From positions 1 to 64,000 of the forward strand of contig CDMY01000450.1 of the NCBI GenBank assembly GCA_001179505.1: 64,000 bases of DNA, given 5' to 3'. The DNA is from Vitrella brassicaformis CCMP3155. Its lineage: Eukaryota; Protista; Chromerida. Below the pieces are notes generated by a model, which did no database searches, was not told where the DNA came from, and saw nothing but the letters and a program-made list of their open reading frames with translations. Positions within the stretch are counted from its first letter, which is position 1; the number at the start of each line of letters is the position of its first letter. Positions 24,209 through 36,464 of this stretch are shown piece after piece. The position numbers and the translations under genes were made by a program.

Positions 24209-27133
24209 ATGCCTTCCCCCACGGCGAGAGTAGGGAGAAAGCGACCATACGACGCGATCCGAAGCCTGATATCGCTCCCTACAGCCTCGTGCATCGCCGC
24301 CACCCCGCCCAGCACCTCGCCGACCCACCTGCCCGGCACGCCGTCGTTCAACTCGTCCACCGTGCACATGATGGACGCGTCCTTCTGCTTCCCTGCCGCC
24401 GATGTCATGGACTGGTCGGCAGGCGAGGGCGAGGCGGAGGGGGAAGGACGAGAGGGAGAAGGAGAGGTGGGCAAGGAGGGGCAGGCAGCGTCGCCCATGC
24501 ATCTCGATAGGAGGACTGCGAGGAGGGTCACATTCCAAGCAGAGGCCGTCAAAGTATCACCAGGTAACGAAATGAGTGAGTGCAGAGGAGGGGAGGGGGA
24601 GGGAGTGTCGCTTCATTCGTATCACTTTTTAATCACCACTTTTCTTCCTCCCTCTGCGTGTGTCGTGTGTTTTTGTCATGTGTGCTGTCTGTCATGTCAG
24701 AGGATGGTTGTGTTGATGACGTGACGTCAGTGTCGATCGAGAAGGCGATGGAGGGTCTCACCAGCACTCTGCCCGTCTGCCTCACGTCCGGCGGCATCTT
24801 CCACATGGGCGAGGTCGACCCCCCACCATCCGTATCCCACTCACACCAAACAGACAAGCCCTGTGGCAAGAAGACGCGCCCCCTCATGCCCCCAGCCCCC
24901 CCACCCACCCCCGCACCCACACCAACAGTCAGGTCCGACTCGCGGAACAACACCCCCACGGCATCACACGCCACCCAAGGCCCTCAGCCGTCCTCATCGG
25001 TGCCCACCACTGCCCCCCCATCAGTTACTCACACGGCCGAAAGGCCGCCGGCGTCAGCTCGGGAGAAGGAGAGGCCGCCAGCAAGGGCGCCGGCTGCGTC
25101 GCGGTTCTCCCAGGCGCTGAGGGGGTTGGCGCTGCCGCATGGGCGGAGCGGGACGACTGTGTCGACGTATGACACGCAGACGGCCACTGAGGACAGCGGC
25201 AGGAAGGCGAACACGTCGAGGGAGAGGGCAGAGGGCGACGGGCCGGCCGGCCAGCAGAGGAAGGGCAACAGTCTGTTCGGCCGCGGACAGAAGGGTGGTG
25301 CGGCGCATGCAAATGGCAGTGCGGCGAGGGGTGTCTTGTCACCTGGAGGTGGTGGCGGCGGTGGCCATGGTGAGGGCACGAGCCGGCTGGCGATGGCGCT
25401 GTCGTTCAAGTGGGGCAAGCTCCACTTCGCCCAGACCAACAAGAGCAAGGAGCCGCACAAGAGCGCCGAGGTCGTCAAGGACACATGCCAGCCCCCCCAT
25501 CAGCATCAGCATCATCTGGAGAAGGATGCCTCCATCCCTCCCCTGTCCCCACCTGTTGGCCCCAGCCCAAGTGCGTCACCCGAGCTGCCCACATCCCCCC
25601 CCTCCCCGTCCGTGTGCGCAGCAGAAGGCGGCAGCACCAAGAACAGCAAGGCCGCCAACCACGTGCCGTCGTCGCCGGCCTTCCCCGGCTGCACCAGCAG
25701 CTGCTGTGGCTGCTCGCCCCCACAGATCCTCGGGCAGCTGGGGGGGCACCCCGATCCAGCGACAGAGAGCCAGACCAACAGCAATCAGACGCAGTGGATG
25801 TCCCCAGAGCGGCAGGGTGGCACCATTGCGGCGTATGTCAATCACGGTGGTCCTGCTGCCGCACCTGATGCCGCCGATGCCGTCCGTAACGAGACGGGCG
25901 GCGATCAGGAGAGGGAGGGGCATGGCGAGGGCATGGTGGGGGACACGGACATGAGGGACGAGGAGGGCAGGGGGGACGGCATGTGCGAGGACCACCACCC
26001 CCCCCACACACACCAGCCGCCGTCACTCCAGCTGCCGATCCCATCATCGCAACCAGTCGAGGGGGAGGAGACCTCCGGTGCCGTGGAGGCCGACGCAGAG
26101 GAGGGCGATGTGTGCGACGACCACTTCGAGAAGGAGGCGTGGATGGCCAACCTGCAGAGCATCCTCGTCACCCGGGAGCAGCTCATGGGCCTGTTGCGGG
26201 ACGTCCCTCTGGAGGTGCTGCAGGGCCAGCCCCCATCCATGCCCTCAGCCACGCCCACGTCACAACCCGCCTCCACCCCACACCAAGGCAGCAGCGCCAC
26301 GGCGGGCCCTTTCCCCCCCTCACCAGACACCATCCCCTCACCCCTCCTCGACCCACCCACAGACCAAGACAACGACACCGAGGTTGCGCGGGCAGACCCC
26401 TCACACGCATGTTGGCGGGCAGGCGACCGCACGAGCCAGTCGGCGGGCCAGCCGGCTACCAGCGACGAGGGCGGCAAGGGCGCCGGTGGGTGTGGGGAGG
26501 TCGAGACGGCCGTGCGTGGCGCGATCGGCCGTCTGTGTCGCGACTACGTGTGTCTGCTATTCCATTCGCTGAGCGTCAAGGTGGTGGTGGCCAAACCCGA
26601 GACAGAGACCATTCCCCTCCCCGCCCCCACGAGCACCATCAGCAGCAACAGCGAGGACACTGCCATGCGCAGCCCGTCGTCGACCAACAAGGCGAGCCAG
26701 TCCCCGGCAAAAGGGCAGGGGAAGGTCTATGCGCTGGCCGTCAGCCAGGGCTCCTACTGGGGCCCGCCCTACCAGCTCGACGGTGGGTGGCGGGGGGTCA
26801 TCAGGGGGCCGGGCTTCGAGGAGCGCTTCACCACCATGTCGCTGCGGCTGCGAATTTTGGCGGTGCCCCCGAGCGGCAGTGGCGTCAAGCTCCCGCTGCA
26901 TGGCGTGTCGACTCAGCCTGTCGAGAGGTGTGACCTGGAGACTGCCTACCGGACCTGGCGGCTGCAGGGGAGCCCGCCGCGGGAGCTGGCCCCGCAGCAG
27001 CTCAACAGGAGGAGGGCGGCTTTCACGGCACTACAGCGGTTCGCCAAGGACCTGCAGGAGGTTCAGAGACAGGTGGGTGCGGGAGGGACGAAATTGAGGA
27101 GGGCAATACACGCACATCACACGTGATTCATTT

Positions 27134-27171
<38 letters not shown>

Positions 27172-27527
27172 GTGTGTGTGTGTGTCAGCTGCCAACTCTT
27201 CGTTTCGGTGACGCTGAGACAGAGGCAGCGTTCGGTGGGCCTGGAAGTTTGGCCTACACGGAGGTGGGGGGGCTGCTCAAGGCCATGCAGAAGCACCTCT
27301 ACACCGCATTCACGCACCTGCGGCCACACGCAGCCACGGACCAGCACGCCCACCCCCACACAAACCCCCACAGCCACCAACAGCAGCAGACCGACGCAGA
27401 CATGGCCGTGAGCAGCAAAGGTGGCGCCGAGGACATGATGACGGACGTGCAGACGCAGGCCGACTCCCACTCGAGCAGCAGCGCGTCACTCGTGCAGGAG
27501 GGGGACGGGAGGGAGGGCGGTATGTGA
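24209..27527 (+). CDS. Large, mostly disordered hypothetical protein with RVxF motif, 3 exons
   Basis: Exons 24209-24563, 24701-~27080 and 27189-27527 join in frame at GT-AG sites; ~800-codon open central exon; RRTARRVTF motif. Confidence 0.65.
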
Positions 27528-27529
27528 GC

Positions 27530-30500
27530 ATGTCATGGGACGATGGAAGGGTCTGATGGTCTGATGGTGTGATTGTGTGGTGTGCGTGCTGGAGAGTCCA
27601 ATTTTACGTACACATCTTCTCTTGTCGGTGTTGGCGTAGAGGGCAGGGAGAGGGACGGGAGGGAGGGGAGGGGAAGGATTGTGTGTTGTTTGGCTCCCTC
27701 ACTCATTCATCCGTCGGCAGTTCTGTTGGATGGCGGGGCGGAGGGTAGGGTACCTGGTTGGTCGCGTGTTGGATTTGGAAACATACAAGTAGATAGAGGG
27801 CATTCACTCTCACTCAGGCTCTCTCTCTCTCTCTCTCTCTCGTCTGTCCGTCTGTCTGTCTGTCTGTCTGTCCTACCTTGGCTGTCACGGCGCCATGATA
27901 AGCGTTTGCGCTGCTACTGCTGTCTGTCGGTTCACACACGTACTTGGATGCTCCCTCACCTCATCATCATCAACTTCTCTCTGGGCGAATGGGCGAGGCT
28001 CCACACACAACTTTTTTGGTGCAGGAGCCTGCTATCACACCGACCAACAGAGAGAGAGAGAGAGAGGGATGGCTGATAGCTGTTGGCTGCTGGATGGATG
28101 GATGGATGGTGCCTGCCTGCCTGCCTGTCTGCTTCGCACAGTCACTGCTGCACATACAGACAGACAGACGTCGATGTCACTCTTGGTCGGCACACACAGC
28201 GAAGGAAGGCGCTCTATGTCTATGCGTGTGTGAGTGAGTGTGGGTGTGAGTGTGAGTGTGTGTGCGTGTGCGTATGTGTCTACGGTGTCCTGGGTGCCTT
28301 TTTTGTTTACTTGTTTTGGCGGATAGGATACAGACCTGGGCTCTCGTAGATCACACACACACATCTGTAGGCTGGCTGACGCACGCAATCAATACACACC
28401 ACACCACACTACACCATAGCATCACATTGCACAGACACACACACACACACACACATACACGAATAGGATCTGGACAGACAGGCGCATCACGGCGTGGCGT
28501 GTGCAGGCAGGCAGGCAGGGAGCTTTACTTCTGTCTTTCTGCGTTTTTTCGCGAGTGAGTGAGTAGTAGTGAGTGGCGCAATGCAATCCTCCCCGCCCCT
28601 CCCTCCCTGCTATCTATATTTTTGTCGGTTTCCGAAGACTGGCTGGCTGGGTGGCTGATGATTGGGTCGATCAATACGCCTTTTTTCCCTCCCTCCCTCC
28701 CTCTCTACTCTACGTGTAGCAATCCATCCGCCCGTGCACTGAGTGAGTATCATCCATCCATCATGTCGTTCGGTCGCGTAGAGGGTCACAGATTAGCTAC
28801 ACACACACATACACATACACACACATGCCCACTGCAGACACCCATCCACCCATCCACTTGTCTTGTTGTTGTGTTTTCTCCCGCCGTCTGTCTGTCTGTC
28901 TGTCTGTCGGTTTGTGTCTGTGTGTCTCTCTTGCTGCCTGCCTGCCTGCCGTCATTCCATCCACGAGGGTCCACCTCATCTCGCTCGTCAAGATGTCACT
29001 CACGCTGTCTGTCTGTGTTGTGTGTCTTTTTTCGCTCTCTCCGATACGATACGTGCGTGGACCAGGGTATGCCATGCCGGTGTGTGGTGTGTGGATGGAT
29101 GGATGGATGGAATCAATAGTGAGCGAGCGAGGCAGCTGCTAGTCAGTCGATTGATCACACAATTTTCACTCCCTCACCTTAGTTGGCTGGCTGCTGTATT
29201 GGGGAACGGTGCGATGAGGGACAGGGAATTTTCGCTTTACGACCATGACCATGCTGACCATGCTGTGTGTATGCGTCTCCCTGCTTCCCTCCCTCTGCCA
29301 GTCAGTCAGCCGAGCCCGTGCAGCTTCATCATGATCCATTCATTCCCACGACAGCCAGCAGAGCAGACCGTCTTGTGGACATTTTTCTATCCATGCGTCC
29401 AGGCAGGCAGGCAGGCAGTCGGGTCACTCACGTTCATTTCACTCATTCATTCATTCATCTGGACACACACACACACACACACATACTCATACTCATACTC
29501 ACACAAACTGTCTGCATGAGTGTCTTGACTGACTTGAGGTGGTGGAGGGGGCGGACGGATGCAGCACGCGACAGACAGACAGACCAGCGGAGGAAGGAAG
29601 AGACAGAACGGAACGGAACAAACGAATGAGTGAGTGGGTGGGCGGGGGTGTGGCCGGGGGTTTGTGTGGGTTAGTGACCCTACTCTTGTGTGTGGGTGTG
29701 TGCGTCGGTCGGTCGTCTTGATGGAACGGAATGACTGCCTTTTTCTCAATTGTGTATTGTATGTATTGTCGTGTGGTGTAGATGTGTGTGTGTGTGTGTG
29801 TGTGAGGTGTGAGTCTCCACTGCTCTAGCTGCTCTGCTCTGGATGGATGGATGGCTGACGGGAGGGAGTGAGGGAGGGAGGGTCACTTTCTCTACCTAAT
29901 GCTATCTGTCTGTCTACACACATAAGTACATGAGAGCATGGAGTCGTTTGTTTGGTGGTTTGGTTTGCTTACTGGCATGGCATGGATTGGATGGCGCGGA
30001 ACGATCTTGTTGCGGTGATGGTGTGGTGTGGTGTGTCTCTGTGTGTGTCTCTGTGTGTGTGTCTGTGTGTGTCTCTGTGTGTGTTGGCTCCGCACGCTGT
30101 CTGTCTTTCTTCAGTCATCATTTGTCTGCTGCATACCTACCTACACACATACTCACGCGAGACACATCGCGACTACCTACCTATAGCTGACATAGAGAAA
30201 TATGAGGGCCGGCTGGCTGTTGTGATGTGTTGTGTTGTGTTGTGTGCTGTAAGTGCGTGAGTGCGTCTGACATGGCATGGCATGGCATGGTATGAGGAGC
30301 AAAGAATCTCCGCAAAGAAGGAAAGGCAAAAGACAGATCGACAGATCGACAGAAAGACATTCATCACTTACATACTTCCTTACACACATGCTTACATACA
30401 TCTAGATCTAGTGGCTTAGTGTGTGCCTTGCCTGCCTGCCTGCCTGCCTGTGTGTGTCTCACTCACTCAGTGTCTTTGTCAATCAATCGGTCCCCATTCC

Positions 30501-31700
30501 ACCACACAGACAGACATACACGAGAACAGACAGACCTTAACGAGCGCTATGCGTGCGTGCAAAGATGCGAGGCCTCCCAGCGCGGCAGACGAATAGACTG
30601 CTGTGTCCTGCCCCTACTCACTCGCCCTCCCGCCCCGCCCCGCCTCTCTGGCTGCACTGCATGCCCTGCGTGCCGTGCAAGCTGTTCCGTCCACCACTGT
30701 GTGCTCTGCTCCTCTCCTCTGTCTGTCTGACTGCTTACTGCTGTCTTATTCTTCTTTCGTTCGTTTGATGCTTTCATGGCTGGATGTGTGGGTGTGTGGA
30801 TGTGCGTGAGTGACTCCTCAGCACGAACAGCGCTGATGGCAGACAGACAGACAGACAGACGAAGAAATGAACGAATGGACGAATGGACGAACGGCTGGCT
30901 GTATTTATATTCCTTCCCACTAACTAAAGTGCATGCGATGCGCGTCTTTCTTGTTTGTTTGTGCTGTTTCTTTCATTATTTCCCTAGCTAGCTGCATGCC
31001 CCGATTGACTGACGTGATGCGTGCCGTGTGAGCGCCATGCATCCTTCCAGCCTCACAGTTCTGGCTGGAGGGGAGGGGCGGGTGGATCGATAGATACCAA
31101 CCAACGAATGAATGAATGAACGAATGGATGGATGGCCTTTGGGTGGATTGATTGAATGATGTCATGTCCTCTATCGCACGGTGTACATACATACTTATTT
31201 GATATCTTGGAGGGGCCGGGGGGTGGCGGGTGGGGGAATAATGAATGGGCGGGTGAGTGGCCAGGCAGGCAGGCAGGCAGGCACACACGTGCGCACCGCA
31301 CCCAATTGACAGAGAAAGAAAGAGTAGAGCGCAGCGCGTGTCTCATTTACAGACAGCGATTGGTCTGTGGTCGTCTTGATGCCTGGCTGGGTGCGGTGCA
31401 TGGCTGCAGTGACGTGACGCGACGTGCGAGACACCCACCGATCGATCGATATGTGCGTGCAGTGCAGTGCAGTGCATTGAATGCATTGATGGAGCGAGCG
31501 ATAGATTGACAAATCCTTTTTTGTCGTAAGTCGCTTCGACGTGCCTGCATGTCAGTCATGTGTGTGAGTGAGACGACAGGACAGCTGCCTGGCTGGCTGC
31601 CTGGCCTGGCTGGCTGGGTCCCTCCCTTCATCCAAGGGAATAACTGACGGCAGTGATGCTTTCTATGCATGTATGGTATGTCGATAGATAAATACCTCAG
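27530..31700. repeat. Microsatellite-dense non-coding region ((TCTG)n, (CA)n, (GA)n, (GGAT)n, (GCCT)n, (GAAT)n)
   Basis: No ORF with protein-like composition; dense simple repeats throughout. Confidence 0.75.
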
Positions 31701-31763
31701 TCAGTCCCTCACGTACAAAAGTCAGTACATCCACCAGACGACACAAACTCAGCTGTCGGTCTT

Positions 31764-34529
31764 CTAATCGCCACCATCGGCACCGGCATCGGCATCAGTC
31801 TTAGCTCTCTTCTCGCGATGCTCCTGTAGCCCGCACAGAGACCAAGAAGAAACACCCACACCAACAAACAGATCAAAAGCATCTTCATCTGTTGATGCAT
31901 GCGCCGCGCCGCGCACCCACCAGTGCTTCTCCGTCGGCCGCCCCTTCTGCTTCCTCGTCCAGTCCCAGATCCATGTCGATGTCAATCTCCTCGTCAGCAC
32001 CGCCCTGATACACACACACATCCGGATGCAGTCAATACCACATCGATCCGATGCGCTGCCTGGCTCACCGCAGCTGGTCTCGGGGCAGGAGGAGGTGGTG
32101 GTGGTGGTGGTGGGCGGGCAAACAGAGGAGGGGCAGGTGGCTGCCGTGGTGGTGCTTGTGGCCTTGGTGGTGGGGCGTGTTGGTCTCTGGCATCCCATGT
32201 ATCTTCGAGACTCAGCAGCCGCAGGAAGGCTCTCCGCTGGCCAGGGAGGTCTCGATAGTCCCCGTCGGGCGACGTCCAGTGGGGCCACCGGCCATCTGAG
32301 GGGATGGGCGATTCGATTGGTCCACACACAAAGGCAGGCCCGGTACGTCCGCGTGTCGTGTTCGTGTCGTGTGAGTGTACCTTGCGCGTCCTGTTGCAGC
32401 CTCTCCTGCACATGGACGCGGTCATCGTCAGTCGGCGCACTGGACGAACCAACGAACGAACGAACGAACGAAGGAATATGGAACGAACAGCAGACAGAGG
32501 GTGTCACGTCACCCTTGTGTTGGTATGGTATGCTCTGTGTGTGCGCTGCGTACTGCACCGACCGTACCAGGTGTTGTGGGGCCTGTTGTGGGGCCCATAT
32601 GGGATGTTCGGGTGGTTCGCACGCAGGATTGACAGCCACTCGGCATCGTAACTGCACCATACAGACGCGCAGAGAGAAACACCCGCACCTCACTCATCCC
32701 ATCCACAGACCAGACCCTTTTCCTCTCTGTTTCTCCAACGAACCGAATGCACAGCGGCTCAGAAGGTCCACTGCTCTCCTGCTGGGCGGATGACGCTTCT
32801 TGTGCAGCCCCGGCAGCATCGGCTCCTGCAGCTGCTGCTGCTGCTGAATCGCCTTGGGCATCCACGAGCGCGCTGCCATCGCTGCCATCGTTGTGGATGA
32901 GCCAGTGGCCAGCAGGGCATGTGTCAGACGGCATGTCGATGTCCAGGATCTGCAGGAAGGCTCCAGGCCGACGCTCATGCACCTTGTCCAGCGCCAGAAA
33001 CCTGGACAAACAACACAACACACACAGGCGTAGAGATAGATTGGTGGGGTGATGTGATGGGGATCTCGATACATACGAACCTGGTTGCCTGGTGCCTCTG
33101 GTTAGGGTTGTTTCCATTGGGTGGCTGGTGGTGTGGGATAATCGACGCGAACTTGACGTGGAGGTGGGCCGAGAACCAGAACCGGCTGCACGCAAGCAAG
33201 GAGGGAGGAGCACCACACATCACATCATATCACATCGCATTCGGTCCCTCCCTCGCCTTGTTGTGTTCACTTACGGTTTCATTTGCCTGAGCAGCAGCAT
33301 GGCGGGAGTGTTGCCGAGCTGGTTCCTGTCCAGCTGCAACCAAGTGCAATAAAGGAAGGCGATGCGTGAATGTGCGTGTTGGTCTCTTGGTCTGGTGCAC
33401 TCACGTCATCTTTGAAGAATGGCTTCTTCTGAATGAGGCCCTGACGGTCACCATAGTCCACCACACCTGCAGGCCACGCACACACGCACTCACCCGCCAC
33501 TCATTGCATGGCATGAGCAGGCGCGTCCCGGCTCGGTGCGTGTCGTGTCGTGTGTACCGTTTGGCCAGTCGTGGCTGAGCATGACATCCACAGGCTCTCT
33601 CACCTATAGTCATACACATAATCAAATCACCTACCTGTCAATGAACACTGCATCAATAGCCAGCCTGTTCCTCTCCATTGCTGATCTGCCGACCTCGCCC
33701 AGTTTCTTGATCTCGAACTCCCGCGTGTGGCATGCCGTCCGCCGGGTCGAGTCGTCATACGGGATCTTCTCAAAGTAACCTGCACTCACACACACAGACA
33801 GACAGACACGTCACACACGTCACACACGTGAGTGTAATGAATGTACATTGCTTCTCTCCACCCACTGACCACCGAGTGTGACTGACTGACCTTTGTTGTA
33901 GTCGTACGGCTTGTAGATACCCGAGTAGCCTCCGATACGCAGATCCCCCACACGGACCACACCACTAGAGCCCAGGAAGAAGATGTTGGGCGCCACCCAG
34001 CCGCCGAAATACCTGAACGAGCAGAGCAGATCAACATCAAGTACCACTGGCAACCGACTGCCCGTGCTGTTGATGCCCATGAGTGGGAGCGTACAGTTCT
34101 GAGAGGACGTTGGGTGCCTCATGGTTGCCTCCGACGAAGATGGTGAGGCATGGTGCCGTCTTGGCGCCCGAGTAGTATTCATGGAAGTCCATCATCTTGC
34201 GATACTTGGGAGGCATCGTCTGCCACTGCATGTCAGACTCAAAACGCGCCGACTGCACACACCGGATCACACACCGAATGCCTCGCAGTCCGAGTGGACG
34301 CTGTGTCTGAGGGATCTTGCCTGGAAGTCTCCACACATGAGCAGGAGGTCAACGGGCACTCCATCCCTCTGGCTGACGTCCTCCAGGGCACGATAGATGG
34401 CGTTGAGTTCGCCGTGGCAGCAGCCTTCAACACCAACCTGGAGAGAAGAAATGAAAGCACAAGCCGCACATTGCAATGACAGCAGAAGGTGCATCCAGCC
34501 GGAGCACAAGCATCCCATCTCACCCGCAT
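31764..34529 (-). CDS. DBR1: RNA lariat debranching enzyme, multi-exon
   Basis: MR|[23 protein letters not shown]|[74 protein letters not shown]; acidic C-terminal tail. Confidence 0.95.
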
Positions 34530-34828
34530 CGTCGATGGACCACCCGCTCTAAAAACCACCCGCTTCAAAAACCAGATCTTGCGTGGCAGCAGTGAAAGGC
34601 ATCGCAGGCCGAGCGGGAGTAGTTTTCCTTCCCCTTCCCCTCTGCCTTCCCCTCTCGAGCAGCGGTTTCAGGGAGGACACTACCCTCCGTCTGCGAGCTT
34701 AGAGAGGAAAGGGGAGAAGACAGAAAAGGGGAGAGACGAGAAAGAGGCTGTCTGGCGAACTGTCCTGAGGCATCTATCACGTGTCCATCGGCATCTATTC
34801 ATCAGCTCACGTTTGTTCAAGCCACAAC

Positions 34829-35654
34829 ATGAGCATCGTCACATCGCCCCACAACGGTAGGGCCGCCCTGCTGATTCCCCTGCTGATTCCCCTCGATGAC
34901 TCCTCTCGTCACGATCGCGCTGCTCTGCCGGATCTGCCAGAGGCCAAAAAGGTGAGACCGGGAAAACAGGCCAATGCGTCCATCCTTTGTGCTCATTCCG
35001 TGTGTTCTTTTGCTGCTTACAGCCCGGCTGGATCAACTTCTGTGCGCTCGTCGTGACCCACCAGCTGTGGTACTTCGTTCCGCTGCTGTTTGCCGTGGTC
35101 CCTTCGTCCGCTGTGGCGTGGGTGGGCCTGTCTCTCGCGGCAACTTGCTGTATAGCGGCGTGCGAGTGGTCGTACTGCAAGGGGATGGCCGTTGTGGCGG
35201 CGTCATGCGGTGCATACTTCCCCCCAACGGCAAGGCGGCGTGCTACGCGGCAAGCCACATCATAACATTGCTGTGGACAAATGCTCTACTCAACTACCTT
35301 CCCTACCATTGTGATAGTCTTTCTGTGGTTTCCCTGGTGGTTTTGGCTCTGGCCGCTGTGTGTCTGCGGTGCGGTCGCTGTGTCGTTTCGTGTGACGAGG
35401 CTCCACGCGAGCGTGAACTCTCCCTTGAGGAGGCAATGGAAGTAGTGCGTGTAGAGGCGATTCAAGTGGCGAAGATTCAAGAGGCGAAGAACGCCGTGTA
35501 CCGTGTGGCCGACTGGTGTGTCGTTCTGCCACTACTGTGCATGTCATTGTTGGCCGGTCAGATGCTGATCTGGTGGATCTACATGGGAATCTTTCTCTTC
35601 GCTGAGCTGGTTCGGTGCTGTCGTGGTCTGTGTGATGACACGATTTCTCAGTAG
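34829..35654 (+). CDS. Hypothetical multi-pass membrane protein; apparent -1 frameshift at G-run 35181-35184
   Basis: Exon 1 MSIVTSPH..LPEAKK| then hydrophobic PGWINFCALVV..CEWSYCKG; a second frame continues DGRCGGVMRCILPP..WWIYMGIFLFAELV; several TM-like Cys-rich stretches. Confidence 0.5.
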
Positions 35655-36464
35655 CTGACTGCACGGGCACGGGATCGCGCAATCGGCGCGCTGCACGGAG
35701 GTCTTCTACGGGTTGTGTTGCATGCCATGAGACGGATGAGGTGTTGTGTGAGGTAGGTAGCTATAGGTGGTGTGTGAAGATCCTCTGTCAAGACATGTAC
35801 GCATCCATTGTGTACACGAACAATGCATCTCTACATGGATCGTGTATACGTACCGTGTTGCTGCATGTTGCTGTCGTTCATGTCGGAGAGATCTGACGTG
35901 AGGGCGAAGTAGAGAGTACGTTGGACGATCATGAACCAGTTCCTTTGTTTGATGAAATTGATGAGTCAATCCACTCATTCATTCGTTCAGTCATCTCACT
36001 CAGGTCGAGCAGCTGTGCCTCGGTGTACTCACACACACGCACACATGCACACCGCTTTGCGCCAGTTGACGACCTGTGTTGTCTGACAGACTGACTGACT
36101 GACAGACTGACGATGGATGGATTGATGGATATGCATGGATGCGGAGCAAAACAACAAGACAAGGCACAAGGCGGGACGGACAATGCTGTGGTCATGTACT
36201 GACTGATGCATGTACATACATACACGATTCTGGCTGGGGGAAATGGTTTCGTCTTTGCAATGCGCACCGGTCTGTTCCTGCGTCAGAAGGTGTCTCCATA
36301 CTCACCTTATCTGACCGAGGAGCAGATCGAGGCAGCAGACGAGAAACGACTCAAATCGCGGCCTGTTCATCAGCATCAGCTCCTCCTGTGGGCGTCTCGG
36401 GCGTGTGTCCCCGTAAAACCGAACTCGGTTTGGGGGCTTCTTTCAGGTTGTTTGTGCGGCTGCA

